DNA from: Alphaproteobacteria bacterium
GTDB lineage: Bacteria > Pseudomonadota > Alphaproteobacteria > SP197
DNA length: 64,000 nucleotides
Assembly (NCBI GenBank): GCA_964291415.2
Contig: OZ219920.1
Span: 320,001 to 384,000 of the forward strand
Reading direction: 5' to 3'
Notes under the pieces: generated by a model
Databases searched by the model: none
Told to the model about the DNA's origin: nothing
Seen by the model: the letters and a program-made list of their open reading frames with translations, nothing else
Made by a program: the position numbers and the translations under genes
In this document: positions 48,322 through 59,200 of the stretch, in pieces
Numbering within the stretch: the first letter of the stretch is position 1
Layout: every line of letters begins with the position of its first letter

Positions 48322-50399
48322 CACGGCTCCAGGGAGATCAGGTAGTTTCCGAAACGATCGATGGTGACATGATCCAGGGGACCGGCGTGAATCGTCGTGG
48401 TTGCCTCCTCGATGAGAAGGGGCCCTTCGAGCACCATCCCCGGTGCCAGAGACTCAGCCCGATAGACAGGCGTATCAGGAGCACCCTGGCCGGCACCTGC
48501 GAAGACGGGCCGGCGCGTGACGGGATCCGGACGGGCCCCCTGTCGCCGGTCGTTGGCGACAACGATGCGCGGCACCACGCCGCGCCCGGTGACATGGAGG
48601 GAGGTGATCTCAAGGGTGCCGCCTGGCTGGATATGGCCGTACATGCGCTGATGCGCTTCCTCGAAGGTGGCCCGCAGTTCAGCCCTGCTGAATCGGGGCG
48701 CGTGAATCCGCACGGACCATTGCTGGCCCTTGTACCTGAGATTCATGGAGCGGGTGATCGTGATGTGGTCCGCGGCAAAGCCCTCGTCGGCGAGAACGCC
48801 GGTCGCCTCGTCCTCGAGGAGCGTGTATGTCCGGGCGACGTCCGCTTCCTCGATGTGATCGAGTTCGCCGAAGAGGACGCGCAGAAAATCGTGCCGGACA
48901 TCGGTATTGAGCATGCCAAGGGCACACAGCGCGCCTGCCTGGCGTGGAACGTAGACGGTGCGGCAACCGATGAGACGGGCGATCGCCGCGCCATGCATCG
49001 GTCCTGCGCCGCCTCCGGCCACCAGGATCGAGTTCGCCGGATCGTAGCCTCGTTCGATGCTGATCCGCTCCACGGCATGGAGGAGGTTCTGCTCGAGGAG
49101 GGTAACGACGCCGGCGGCGGCCTCGGAGGTGGTGATGGCCAGCGGCTCGGCCACGTCCCGTGCCAGCGCCGTGGCAGCTCGCTCCGGGGCGAGCGTGATC
49201 TCGCCTGCCGCAAAGGTCTCGGCACTCAGGCGCCCGAGCACCACGAGGGCATCGGTGACGGTGGGTCGGGTACCGCCCTGATCGTAGCAGGCGGGTCCAG
49301 GGTACGCCCCGGCGCCCTGTGGCCCCAGCCTGATCATCCCTCCGGCATCCACCGAGGCGATGGTTCCGCCCCCGGCTCCCACCGTGTGGACATCGACGGC
49401 GGGCACGGCGACGTGGTAGCCGGCGATCATCAGATCGTCGCTGAGCGCCACCTCGCCGGCGTGCATCATGGCCACGTCACAGCTGGTGCCGCCGATATCC
49501 ATGGAGATGAGGTGGTCATGGCCTGTCTGCCCTGCCACGAGATCGAGAGCGCCGACGCACGCGGCCGGCCCTGAGAGCAGCAGGCTGACCGGTCGTTCGC
49601 GCATCTGGGCGACGGACGCCGCACCGCCGTTGCTCTGGACCAGGTGCAGCGGACGGCCGAGTCCACCCTGTTGCAGTGTGCTGTCGAGGCGCACGAGATG
49701 GGGAACGACCTTCGGTGCGAGGGCGGCGTTGATGACCGTTGTCGAACTGCGTTCATACTCGCCGATGATGGGCGCGACCTCACAGGAGAGACTGACGGCA
49801 TCGGCGCCGAATGTCTCCTCGAGGATTCCGGCCGCCTCACGTTCGTGGCATGGCTCCATGAAACTGTTGAGAAAGCACACGGCCACGGCGTCCACGCCTT
49901 CGGACTTCATGAAGAGCGCTGCTTCCCTCACCGCATCGCGGTCCAGGCCGACAACGATCCTGCCGTCGCGATCGATGCGTTCGGGAATGCCGATACGCAG
50001 ATAGCGCGGAACCAGAACCGGCGCAAAGGGAGTGCGGTGGTCCCACATGTCCTCGCGCACGCCGCGCCGGATGACCAGGGTGTCCCGAAAGCCCTCGGTG
50101 ACAAGGAGACCGACGCGGGCGCCGGAGTGCTCCAGCATGGTGTTGGTGGCGATGGTCGATCCATGCACGAACATGCTGCATTGTGCGAGCACGCGTCCGG
50201 AATCGATGCCAAGGCGTCCGGCCACGAGGTGAAGGGCCTGCATGACGCCCTTCGAGACATCATCTGGTGTTGACAGCGTCTTGGCAATCAACAGGGCGCC
50301 ATCGCCGTCCTGCAGAACGAGATCGGTGAACGTTCCTCCGACATCGACCGCGATGCGGTAGACGTCAGCGGACCCGTTCGCGTGCGGAGTTCCCTCCAT
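48321..50399 (-). CDS. Hydantoinase A/oxoprolinase family protein
   Basis: DVGGTFTD, HGSTIATN, LLSGPAA, DIGGTS, VGAGGGT, GGAGPMH. Confidence 0.93.
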   Translation of the reverse strand: MEGTPHANGSADVYRIAVDVGGTFTDLVLQDGDGALLIAKTLSTPDDVSKGVMQALHLVAGRLGIDSGRVLAQCSMFVHGSTIATNTMLEHSGARVGLLVTEGFRDTLVIRRGVREDMWDHRTPFAPVLVPRYLRIGIPERIDRDGRIVVGLDRDAVREAALFMKSEGVDAVAVCFLNSFMEPCHEREAAGILEETFGADAVSLSCEVAPIIGEYERSSTTVINAALAPKVVPHLVRLDSTLQQGGLGRPLHLVQSNGGAASVAQMRERPVSLLLSGPAACVGALDLVAGQTGHDHLISMDIGGTSCDVAMMHAGEVALSDDLMIAGYHVAVPAVDVHTVGAGGGTIASVDAGGMIRLGPQGAGAYPGPACYDQGGTRPTVTDALVVLGRLSAETFAAGEITLAPERAATALARDVAEPLAITTSEAAAGVVTLLEQNLLHAVERISIERGYDPANSILVAGGGAGPMHGAAIARLIGCRTVYVPRQAGALCALGMLNTDVRHDFLRVLFGELDHIEEADVARTYTLLEDEATGVLADEGFAADHITITRSMNLRYKGQQWSVRIHAPRFSRAELRATFEEAHQRMYGHIQPGGTLEITSLHVTGRGVVPRIVVANDRRQGARPDPVTRRPVFAGAGQGAPDTPVYRAESLAPGMVLEGPLLIEEATTTIHAGPLDHVTIDRFGNYLISLEP

Positions 50400-50430
50400 G
50401 CATCATCGCCCGGCGATGGCGCCGCCCGGA

Positions 50431-51441
50431 TCAGAACTTCCGGTCAATGCAGAACCCGATGAGATCCATGAGCGCATCGCGGTAGGCGTTCCCGGCAAGG
50501 TTCGCGAGGGCATCGCGCGCCATCACGGCATGGTGCCTTGCCTCATCCAGGGTGGCCTGCAGGGTGTTGTGGCGGGCGAGAAGTGTCATCGCGTGCTCGA
50601 GGTCGCCGTCGCGCTGGTCCACCTGGGCAAACGTGCGCTCCCAGAACCGCCGTTCCTCCGGCGTGCCGCGATCGAATGCCAGCAGGACCGGCATGGTGAT
50701 CTTTCCCTCGCGGAAGTCGTCGCCGATCGTCTTGCCAAGGTCGTGCTGCAATGCCGAGTAGTCGAGAACATCGTCAACGAGCTGAAAGGCGGTACCGAGA
50801 GAAAGACCGTAGTCACGCATGGCCTTGCGTGCACTCCCCTCCTCGCCGGCAACCACGGCGCCGATCTCGCTTGCCGTGGCAAAGAGCGTTGCCGTCTTTG
50901 CCTGGAGCACGTCCATGCAGGCATCCGGCGAGACGGCAAGATCGTTGGCAATGGCGAGTTGCCTGATTTCACCCTCGGCGATGACAGCCGCCGCCTCGGT
51001 GAGAATGCCAAGGATTTCCAGGGAACCATCCCTGACCATCAGGCGAAAGGCACGGCTCAGCAGGAAGTCGCCGACCAGGACGGGGGGCTTGTTGCCCCAC
51101 AGGGCGTTGGCCGTCGCCACGCCGCGTCTCAGCGTGCTGCCGTCGACCACGTCATCGTGAAGCAGTGTCGCCGTGTGAATGAACTCGATGCAGGCCGCAA
51201 GGGCGATGTGGCGGGCGCCGTCATAACCGAACATCCGGGCCGTCAGCAGGGTGAGCGTGGGGCGGATGCGCTTGCCTCCTGACGAAACGATGTGCCCGGC
51301 GATCTTCGGGATCATGGCCACCGGACTGTCGAGGAGTTCGACAATGACGCGGTCGACGGCCGCGAGATCGTCGGCAACCAGACGTCTCAGGTGCTCGATG
51401 GAATGCCCGACGGGCTCGGGGTGGGGGCGTGCAACGGACAA
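50431..51441 (-). CDS. ispB: Long-chain trans-polyprenyl diphosphate synthase
   Basis: GGKRIRP, LLHDDVVD..RRG, KTA, FQLVDDVLD, GDDFREGK; TTG start after ggag. Confidence 0.92.
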   Translation of the reverse strand: MSVARPHPEPVGHSIEHLRRLVADDLAAVDRVIVELLDSPVAMIPKIAGHIVSSGGKRIRPTLTLLTARMFGYDGARHIALAACIEFIHTATLLHDDVVDGSTLRRGVATANALWGNKPPVLVGDFLLSRAFRLMVRDGSLEILGILTEAAAVIAEGEIRQLAIANDLAVSPDACMDVLQAKTATLFATASEIGAVVAGEEGSARKAMRDYGLSLGTAFQLVDDVLDYSALQHDLGKTIGDDFREGKITMPVLLAFDRGTPEERRFWERTFAQVDQRDGDLEHAMTLLARHNTLQATLDEARHHAVMARDALANLAGNAYRDALMDLIGFCIDRKF

Positions 51442-51587
51442 TGGACGCTCCGGACTGCGGCACGATCGCCGGATGCGGTCCGCCGATGGACGAATCCTAT
51501 CAGCATGGGGGTCTACAATAAAGGCGCACGTGTCATCGGGTGTCACAACACGGTAAGGTCAACCGGCATGGCAGGGGACCGGCATCC

Positions 51588-51806
51588 ATGAAGGAGATTC
51601 TGCGGACCAACGACGTGGTGACGCTCTCCTGGGCGAGCGCCGTCCTCAAGGATGCTGACGTTCCCCACCACGTGTTCGATCAGCACACCAGTGCGCTCCA
51701 GGGCAGCATTCTTGCCATCGAGAAGCGTCTGCTGGTGGGCGATGATGATGAAGGTCTCGCCCGTGGTCTGCTGCGTGACGCCGGGATCGATGTCCGGGGC
51801 GACTGA
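51588..51806 (+). CDS. DUF2007 family small protein
   Basis: MKEILRTNDVVTLS..DQHTSALQGSI..RLLV; usual position between ispB and the methyltransferase. Confidence 0.85.
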   Translation: MKEILRTNDVVTLSWASAVLKDADVPHHVFDQHTSALQGSILAIEKRLLVGDDDEGLARGLLRDAGIDVRGD

Positions 51807-52530
51807 AGCGGGCGAAACGCTGTTGGGCGGCAGGGTGCGCATGGCCGGCCAGGAGCATGGCCTGAAGACGACAACCGACACCGTCATGCTCGCCGCTGCG
51901 GTTGCGGCGCGGCAAAAGGCCCGTGTTCTGGATGCCGGATGCGGTGCGGGGGGCGCGATGCTGTGCCTTGCCAGGCGCCTGCCGTCGACCTGCATCACCG
52001 GGCTGGAACGTGACCCCGTTCTCGTCAACCTGGCGAGGCGCAACATCGCGCTCAATGGTGCTGCGACGCGTGTCACCGTTCGCGAAGGGGATGTTGCGGC
52101 TCCGCCCCACGACGGCGAACCGTTTGACGTCGTCATGACCAATCCGCCCCACCTCGACGCACGCCAGTCCAGGGCGCCGCAGGATCCGCACCGTGCCGGC
52201 GCCATGGTCGAGACGATGCCGCTGGAGGACTGGATCGGCCATTGCCTGAAGCGTCTCGCCCACAAGGGCTCGATCGTTCTCGTGCACCGGGCAGAAAGAC
52301 TCGGCGACATCCTTGGCATCCTGGCAAGGCGGACAGGCGCCATCGACATCATGCCGCTGCTGCCCCGCGGCGACGGGTCACCAGCGAAACGGGTACTGGT
52401 ACGTGCCACGAAGGGGTCTGCGCGACCGCTCAGACTCCTGCCGGGTCTGGTGCTGCACGGATCGGACGGCAGCTACAGTTCCCGGGCGCGGCGTGTTCTC
52501 GACGACGGGGCCGCCCTGGAGTGGTGCTGA
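51790..52530 (+). CDS. tRNA1(Val) A37 N6-methyltransferase-like SAM methyltransferase
   Basis: VLDAGCGAG, FDVVMTNPP, KRVLVRA. Confidence 0.85.
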   Translation: MSGATEAGETLLGGRVRMAGQEHGLKTTTDTVMLAAAVAARQKARVLDAGCGAGGAMLCLARRLPSTCITGLERDPVLVNLARRNIALNGAATRVTVREGDVAAPPHDGEPFDVVMTNPPHLDARQSRAPQDPHRAGAMVETMPLEDWIGHCLKRLAHKGSIVLVHRAERLGDILGILARRTGAIDIMPLLPRGDGSPAKRVLVRATKGSARPLRLLPGLVLHGSDGSYSSRARRVLDDGAALEWC

Positions 52531-52543
52531 CCCCGAAAGGCAA

Positions 52544-52573
52544 CAGGGACCGGGAGTCGCCTCCCGGTCCCTG
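52544..52573. terminator. 13-bp perfect hairpin between convergent genes
   Basis: cagggaccgggag-tcgc-ctcccggtccctg. Confidence 0.55.
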
Positions 52574-52604
52574 CCGATCCGGTGTTCTAAGGTGTCGAGG
52601 GGGT

Positions 52605-53792
52605 CTAGAGACCGGCCTTGACGTCCTCGAACATGATCTGGATCTTGTCTTCCGGCGTCATCGCAATCTGGAAGATGCCGGTCGACAGGAGTTCGTCCGG
52701 ATTCTTCGAGAGGCCGCGCTCGGCAAGCTGTTGTTCCGACACCATCTCGTAGGCCTTCACGTTGGCATGGCCGTATCCGTAGGACACGATCTCAAAGGCG
52801 CCCGCTTCGGCCGAGAGATAGGAGTCGATGACCTCGTGCGCCTTGAGAATCATCTCGTCACCGTGGTCGTCGTTCATCGTGCTGCGCGACAGGCCGCACA
52901 CCCAGGTCATGGCGCCTTCCTTGGGCTTCATGAAGGCGACAGGGAGGCCCTGGCCGCTCAGCGCCACGATGGAACTGTTCCAGGTAGCGGCCGCGACGAG
53001 TTCGCCCGACGCCAGGGAGTTTTCGACGTCGGTCATGCTGTTCGAGTAGTAGCGCAGCAGCGGCAGCTGTTCGCGAAGCAGGTTGGCGACGGTCTCCATG
53101 TCGGCAGGATCCGAGAGATCGTAGGGATTCTCGAGCCTGGCGTAGATCCCGGCGACGGCGACACCGTCGATCAGGCTGTCGATCATCGACAGGCGGCCGG
53201 CGTACTTCGGATCCCAGAGAATGCCCCAGGAGTGGTTCTCCTCGTCGACGTATTCCGGCGCCAGGTCGGTGCGGAACGTGACCGAAGTCTGGCCCCAGTC
53301 CATCGGGACAAAGATGCGCTTGCCATCGATGACGGCGTCATCGACGTTCTTCAGCGACGGCAGGATGTCATCCCAGTTGCTGAGCAGGCTGGTATCGATG
53401 TTGCCCAGGAGCCCGGCGTCGTACCACTGGCGCAGCTTGTAGGTGCAGGGCGCCATGACGTCGGGCGAAAAGCCGGCCCGCATCTTGGCGAAGGCCTCTT
53501 CCTCGTCACCCCAGAAGGCGAAATTGGAGGCGCAGCCGTACTTGTCGATGTACTGCTGGTGGAACTGGACTACGTCGTAGCCGGACCATGTGAAGGTCAG
53601 CGGCGTGTCGCTGCCACCGCAACTCTGCGCCGGAACCTCTCCGTCCTGTGCCGAGGAGGCCAGGGGCACCATGACGGTGGAGATGCCGAAGGCTCCGAGG
53701 ATGGCATTCATCTGGCGACGGTCGTACTTGCCGCCGCGGATGCCATCGGTGATCCGGTTGATGTCCAACCGGGTCGGATCGAGATGTGTCAT
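52605..53792 (-). CDS. PotD/PotF-like ABC substrate-binding protein (twin-Arg DRRQM)
   Basis: TWSGYD, PMDWGQTSVTFR, PKEG; RBS gggagg; third paralogue. Confidence 0.87.
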   Translation of the reverse strand: MTHLDPTRLDINRITDGIRGGKYDRRQMNAILGAFGISTVMVPLASSAQDGEVPAQSCGGSDTPLTFTWSGYDVVQFHQQYIDKYGCASNFAFWGDEEEAFAKMRAGFSPDVMAPCTYKLRQWYDAGLLGNIDTSLLSNWDDILPSLKNVDDAVIDGKRIFVPMDWGQTSVTFRTDLAPEYVDEENHSWGILWDPKYAGRLSMIDSLIDGVAVAGIYARLENPYDLSDPADMETVANLLREQLPLLRYYSNSMTDVENSLASGELVAAATWNSSIVALSGQGLPVAFMKPKEGAMTWVCGLSRSTMNDDHGDEMILKAHEVIDSYLSAEAGAFEIVSYGYGHANVKAYEMVSEQQLAERGLSKNPDELLSTGIFQIAMTPEDKIQIMFEDVKAGL

Positions 53793-53923
53793 GGATAATG
53801 ACCTCCCTGTCATCAATTTGTGGGACACCCAAGTCAACTGATCGGCCATGTTCCATGATCGGCCCCGCCCTTTCAAGGGAAGAAGCGCTGATCGCGGCAA
53901 TAGCCTCAGGCGCCCCGGTGGGC

Positions 53924-55144
53924 TCAACGGCCCTGCAGGCGGGACTTGAGGCCTTCCTCGAGCTTGAGGAGGAAGGCGTTCGTGGTGAGCCATGGGTGGT
54001 CCGGATCGATCAGGATGGCGAGGTCCTTCGTCATGTGGCCCTGTTCGACGGTGGCGACGCAGACGTCCTCCAGGGTCTCGGCGAACCCGGTGACGTCCGG
54101 CGTTCCGTCGAACTCGCCCCTTGACCTCAGACCGCGCGTCCAGGCGAAGATCGAGGCGATGGGGTTGGTCGAGGTCTCGCGGCCCTGCTGGTGCTGGCGG
54201 AAGTGACGCGTCACCGTGCCGTGGGCTGCCTCGGCCTCCACCGCCGAGCCGTCGGGTGTCATCAGCACCGACGTCATCAATCCAAGAGAGCCGAATCCCT
54301 GGGCGACGGTGTCCGACTGCACGTCACCGTCGTAGTTCTTGCAGGCCCAAACGAAGCCGCCCTCCCACTTCAGGGCCGCAGCCACCATGTCGTCGATGAG
54401 ACGGTGTTCGTACGCGATGTCCCGGGAAGCAAACCGCTCCGCGAATTCGTTGTCGAAGACCTCCTGGAAGAGGTCCTTGAAGCGTCCGTCGTAGGCCTTG
54501 AGTATGGTGTTCTTGGTCGACAGGTAGACGGGCCAGCCAAGGCTCAAGCCATAGTTCATGCAGGCCCGCGCAAAGCCGCGGATCGACTCGTCGAGATTGT
54601 ACATGGCAAGGGCCACGCCGCCTGCCGGGAAGTCGTGGACTGTCCGTTCGATGGCCTCGCCGCCATCGGCGGGGGTGAACGTGACGGTGAGCGTGCCGGC
54701 TCCCGGCACCACGAAATCCGTCGCCCGGTACTGGTCACCGAAGGCGTGACGGCCGATGACGATGGGCTTGGTCCAGCCGGGAACAAGGCGGGGGACGTTG
54801 GAGCAGATGATGGGCTGACGGAAGACCGTGCCGCCGAGAATGTTGCGGATCGTGCCATTGGGCGACAGCCACATTTTCTTCAGCCCGAATTCCCTGACCC
54901 GCGCCTCGTCGGGCGTGATGGTGGCGCACTTGACGCCGACGCCGTGCCGCTTGATGGCCTGGGCAGCCTCGACGGTGATGCGGTCGTCCGTTGCATCCCG
55001 TGATTCGATCCCGAGATCGTGGTAGAGAAGCTCGACATCGAGCCAGGGAAGGATCAGCCGGTCCCTGATAAACCCCCAGATGATGCGGGTCATCTCGTCG
55101 CCGTCGAGCTCGACCACCGGGTTCTTCACCGGAATTCTCGCCAT
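53924..55144 (-). CDS. icd: NADP-dependent isocitrate dehydrogenase
   Basis: [46 protein letters not shown]. Confidence 0.97.
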   Translation of the reverse strand: MARIPVKNPVVELDGDEMTRIIWGFIRDRLILPWLDVELLYHDLGIESRDATDDRITVEAAQAIKRHGVGVKCATITPDEARVREFGLKKMWLSPNGTIRNILGGTVFRQPIICSNVPRLVPGWTKPIVIGRHAFGDQYRATDFVVPGAGTLTVTFTPADGGEAIERTVHDFPAGGVALAMYNLDESIRGFARACMNYGLSLGWPVYLSTKNTILKAYDGRFKDLFQEVFDNEFAERFASRDIAYEHRLIDDMVAAALKWEGGFVWACKNYDGDVQSDTVAQGFGSLGLMTSVLMTPDGSAVEAEAAHGTVTRHFRQHQQGRETSTNPIASIFAWTRGLRSRGEFDGTPDVTGFAETLEDVCVATVEQGHMTKDLAILIDPDHPWLTTNAFLLKLEEGLKSRLQGR

Positions 55145-55368
55145 GGCCTTTGTCTCCGCCTCATGCTGCGGTGCAACATAGTGAATTCGCGTGACCGGAC
55201 AACCGGAATGAGCGGCCTCGCACATTTGGCATGTCGATGGTAGTCTTGCCGCCACCATGCGCCCGGTTGTTTGTCCGTGACATCTGCCTTGAGGAACGCA
55301 TCCCTGCCGCCACCGTCCGCTTCCTCTCCTGACGAGGGGAGCATCCTTGATCGTCCGGGAACTCCGAC

Positions 55369-57522
55369 ATGAAGAAATTCAGCGCCGTGATCGTCGTGCT
55401 GGCCGTTCTGCTCCTTGTCCTGTGGCTTGTGATGCGCGACGACCGAGGACCCGGCGACGCCGTCACCACCGCCCCCGCCGAGCCTGAGACGGAGACCATC
55501 GACACTGCGGCCTCCGACACGGATGGCGCGCCCGAGGAGGACGCCGCTGCCGTTGCCGTGAGCGAGGAGGACACCGCGGTCGCCGAGGACGAGGAGATGG
55601 TGACCGATGCGGATGGCGCGCCCGAGGAAGACGCCGCCGCCGTTGCCATGAGCGAGGAAGACGCCGCGGTTGCCGAGGACGAGGAGTTGGTGGTCGACGC
55701 GGATGGCGCGCCCGAGGAGGACGCCGCTGCCGTTGCCGTGAGCGAGGAGGACGCCGCGGTCGCCGAGGACGATGAGATGGTGGCCGATGCGGATGGCGCG
55801 CCCGAGGAAGACGCCGCTGCCGTTGCCGTGAGCGAGGAAGACGCCGCGGTCGCCGAGGACGATGAGATGGTGGCCGATGCGGATGGCGCGCCCGAGGAAG
55901 ACGCCGCTGCCGTTGCCGTGAGCGAGGAAGACGCCGCGGTCGCCGAGGACGATGAGATGGTGGCCGATGCGGATGGCGCGCCCGAGGAAGACGGCGCCGC
56001 CGTTGCCATGAGCGAGGAAGACGCCGCGGTCGCCGAGGACGAGGAGTTGGTGGCCGACGCGGATGGCGCGCCTGAGGAGGACGCCGCTGCCGTTGCCATG
56101 AGCGAGGAAGACGCCACGGTCGCCGAGGACGAGGAGTTGGTGGCCGACGCGGACGGCGCGCCCGAGGAAGACGGCGCCGCCGTTGCCGTGAGCGAGGAGG
56201 ACGCCGCGGTCGCCGAGGACGAGGAGTTGGTGGCCGATGCGGATGGCGCGCCCGAGGAAGACGGCGCCGCCGTTGCCGTGAGCGAGGAGGACGCCGCGGT
56301 CGCCGAGGACGAGGAGTTGGTGGCTGATGCGGACGGCGCGCCCGAGGAAGACGCCGCTGCCGTTGCCGTGAGCGAGGAGGACGCCGCGGTCGCCGAGGAC
56401 GAGGAGTTGGTGGCTGACGCGGACGGCGCGCCCGAGGAAGACGCCGCTGCCGTTGCCGTGAGCGAGGAGGACGCCGCGGTCGCCGAGGACGAGGAGCTGG
56501 TGGCCGATGCGGATGGTGCGCCTGAGGAAGACGGCGCCGCCGTTGCCATGAGCGAGGAAGACGCCGCGGTCGCCGAGGACGATGAGATGGTGGCCGACGC
56601 AGAAGACGGCGCCTCCGTTGCCTCGAGTGAGGATGGCGCCACGATCGCTGATGACGAAGACGTGATGTTGGGAGAAGATTCCGGGGAAGCGGCCGATCCT
56701 GACTTCGATGTGGTGAGGGTCGAGGTCACCGGAGACACGGTGATGGCAGGCGTGGCGGAGCCCGGAGCCACCATTGTCGTGACGTCAGGCGACGACTTGA
56801 TCGGCGAGACTGTGGCCGACGATGCCGGTTCCTGGGTGATCGTCACCGAGGACCCCCTGGATCCCGGGGCCCACGAATTGAAACTCACATCCGAGAACGG
56901 GCATGGCGAGACCACGCAGTCCGACACGGTCGTTGTGGTTTCGGTGCCGCAGGAATCGGAGGATGGCGAGACTGGCGATGTTCTGACGGTGATGATGAAC
57001 GACGAGGATGGCGGCGAGGTCGAGATCATCCAGGGGGGAGACGACGGGATCGGCATCTCCGGCGGCGGCGACCTGGCTCTCGAGAGCCTCAGCTACGACG
57101 AGGAAGGCAATGTTTCCATGGGTGGCCAGGCGACAGCGGGTGACACGGTCGTCGTCTACGTCGATGACCGCGTCGCCGGCGTGGCAGATGCCGAGGACGG
57201 CGAGTGGACGGTGGAACTCGACGAGTCAGTTGACGAGGGCACCCATGCCCTGAGGGTTGACGAGATCAACGAGGAAGGTGATGTCGTCGCCCGGCTCGAG
57301 ACGCCATTCGTGCGTGCCGTCTTCATCATGCCGGATGCCTCTGATCAACTGATCGTGATCCAGCCTGGCAACAACCTTTGGCGGATAGCCCGCCGGTCTT
57401 ACGGCCGCGGTATTCTCTATACCCTCATCTACGAGGCCAACAGAAGCCAGATCGCCGATCCCCATCTCATCTATCCCGGCCAGATCTTCGTCATGCCGCA
57501 GGACAGGGTGGCGGTGAACTGA
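55369..57522 (+). CDS. Membrane-anchored LysM protein with acidic tandem repeats and Ig-like domains
   Basis: N-terminal TM; [16 protein letters not shown]; C-terminal Lys[33 protein letters not shown]. Confidence 0.88.
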   Translation: MKKFSAVIVVLAVLLLVLWLVMRDDRGPGDAVTTAPAEPETETIDTAASDTDGAPEEDAAAVAVSEEDTAVAEDEEMVTDADGAPEEDAAAVAMSEEDAAVAEDEELVVDADGAPEEDAAAVAVSEEDAAVAEDDEMVADADGAPEEDAAAVAVSEEDAAVAEDDEMVADADGAPEEDAAAVAVSEEDAAVAEDDEMVADADGAPEEDGAAVAMSEEDAAVAEDEELVADADGAPEEDAAAVAMSEEDATVAEDEELVADADGAPEEDGAAVAVSEEDAAVAEDEELVADADGAPEEDGAAVAVSEEDAAVAEDEELVADADGAPEEDAAAVAVSEEDAAVAEDEELVADADGAPEEDAAAVAVSEEDAAVAEDEELVADADGAPEEDGAAVAMSEEDAAVAEDDEMVADAEDGASVASSEDGATIADDEDVMLGEDSGEAADPDFDVVRVEVTGDTVMAGVAEPGATIVVTSGDDLIGETVADDAGSWVIVTEDPLDPGAHELKLTSENGHGETTQSDTVVVVSVPQESEDGETGDVLTVMMNDEDGGEVEIIQGGDDGIGISGGGDLALESLSYDEEGNVSMGGQATAGDTVVVYVDDRVAGVADAEDGEWTVELDESVDEGTHALRVDEINEEGDVVARLETPFVRAVFIMPDASDQLIVIQPGNNLWRIARRSYGRGILYTLIYEANRSQIADPHLIYPGQIFVMPQDRVAVN
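55521..56600 (+). repeat. 12 x 90-bp tandem repeat ([30 protein letters not shown])
   Basis: Unit start gga[tc]gg[ct]gcg recurs every 90 bp from 55521 to 56511. Confidence 0.95.
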
Positions 57523-57769
57523 AGGCGGCACGCCTGATGAACGAACAAGGCCGGAGCGTCTACGAACCTGCCGGACCGGCCAGCGAGGCGCTGTCGTCCT
57601 GGTATGTCAGGAATCTCGTGCAGCGCACCATTGACCAGGCTTTCAAGGCGTCGCCGCCGGCCGATGACGGGGCGCCGGAGACCGGCGGGACTGGAAATCG
57701 CCGCCGCAGCAACGTATAGACACGCCACCGGAACAACGGAGCCATCCCCGGATGGCTCGCGAGGACGTC

Positions 57770-59149
57770 ATGACCGCACATTGGACACCGTCAGGCTGGC
57801 GCGACTTCCCTGTTCGGCAGATGCCGGACTATCCCGACCGCGACGAGTTGAAGGTCGTGGAGGACCGACTGCACGGTTGTCCGCCCCTGGTGTTCGCCGG
57901 CGAGGCACGTTCACTCAAGCAGGCCCTGGCGCGGACGGCGGCCGGCGAAGCCTTCCTTCTCCAGGGTGGCGACTGCGCCGAGAGCTTTGCCGAGTTCCAC
58001 CCCGACACGATCCGCGACACCTTCAGGGTGCTTCTGCAGATGGCTGTGGTCCTCACGTTCGGTGCGGCCTTGCCGATCGTCAAGGTCGGCCGCATGGCAG
58101 GCCAGTTCGCCAAGCCGCGTTCGGCGCCCGTCGAGGCCCAGGGTGATGTCGAGCTGCCGAGCTACCGGGGCGACATCATCAACGCCATCGGATTTTCCGA
58201 AGACGCCCGCCGGCCCGATCCCCAGCGCATGCTGCAGGCCTATCATCAGGCGGCCTCGACGCTGAACCTGCTGCGCGCCTTCGCCCAGGGCGGTTTTGCC
58301 GATCTGCAGCGCGTGTCGAGCTGGAACAACGACTTTGTCGCGGACAGCCCCCAGGGTCATCGCTACGCTGAAATCGCCGAGCGTATCCAGGAGGCGCTTT
58401 CCTTCATGAACGCCTGCGGCCTGACGCCCGAGAATGTGCCGCAGATGCGCGAGACCGACTTCTACACGTCCCATGAAGCGCTGCTGCTCCCCTACGAGGA
58501 GTCGATGACGCGCATCGATTCGACCACAGGAGGGTGGTACGACACCTCGGCCCACATGCTCTGGGTCGGTGACCGCACACGCCAGAGCGACCATGCGCAT
58601 GTTGAGTTCCTGCGCGGCATCAACAACCCGCTCGGCATCAAGTGCGGGCCGTCGCTGGAAGCAGACGACCTGCTGCGCCTGCTCGATATCCTCAATCCCG
58701 ACAACGAGGCCGGCCGCATCACGCTCATCACCCGAATGGGCGCTGGTCAGGCGGCGGACCATCTGCCCAGGCTGATTCGCCAGGTCGAAAGGGAGGGACG
58801 CATTGTCGTCTGGTCCTGCGATCCCATGCATGGCAACACGATCAAGGCCGCAAACGGATACAAGACCCGGCCCTTTGACAGGATCCTGACAGAAGTGCGC
58901 GAGGTGTTCGCCATTCACCGGGCCGAAGGGACCCATGCCGGCGGCGTCCATTTCGAGATGACGGGGCGCGATGTCACGGAGTGTATCGGTGGCGCCCAGG
59001 CGATCTCGGATGACGATCTCTCGGACCGCTACCACACTCATTGCGATCCGCGCCTCAACGCCAGCCAGGCCCTCGAACTTGCGTTTCTCATCGCCGAACA
59101 GTTGAGAACTGAGCGTGAACAGACATTCAGGGCGGTTGCAGCGGAGTGA
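57770..59149 (+). CDS. Class II DAHP synthase
   Basis: [50 protein letters not shown]. Confidence 0.96.
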   Translation: MTAHWTPSGWRDFPVRQMPDYPDRDELKVVEDRLHGCPPLVFAGEARSLKQALARTAAGEAFLLQGGDCAESFAEFHPDTIRDTFRVLLQMAVVLTFGAALPIVKVGRMAGQFAKPRSAPVEAQGDVELPSYRGDIINAIGFSEDARRPDPQRMLQAYHQAASTLNLLRAFAQGGFADLQRVSSWNNDFVADSPQGHRYAEIAERIQEALSFMNACGLTPENVPQMRETDFYTSHEALLLPYEESMTRIDSTTGGWYDTSAHMLWVGDRTRQSDHAHVEFLRGINNPLGIKCGPSLEADDLLRLLDILNPDNEAGRITLITRMGAGQAADHLPRLIRQVEREGRIVVWSCDPMHGNTIKAANGYKTRPFDRILTEVREVFAIHRAEGTHAGGVHFEMTGRDVTECIGGAQAISDDDLSDRYHTHCDPRLNASQALELAFLIAEQLRTEREQTFRAVAAE

Positions 59150-59200
59150 TCGTTCGCATGTCGGTCGCCTGAGGCGTCGTCCACCGGAAGGACTGCCGTG

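Noticed and set aside
55521-56600. Regular repeats as a CRISPR array
   Set aside because: Contiguous 90-bp in-frame units with no unique spacers, and no cas genes.
55161-57056. 631-aa Ser/Ala-rich minus-strand ORF
   Set aside because: Antisense shadow of the LysM repeat gene.
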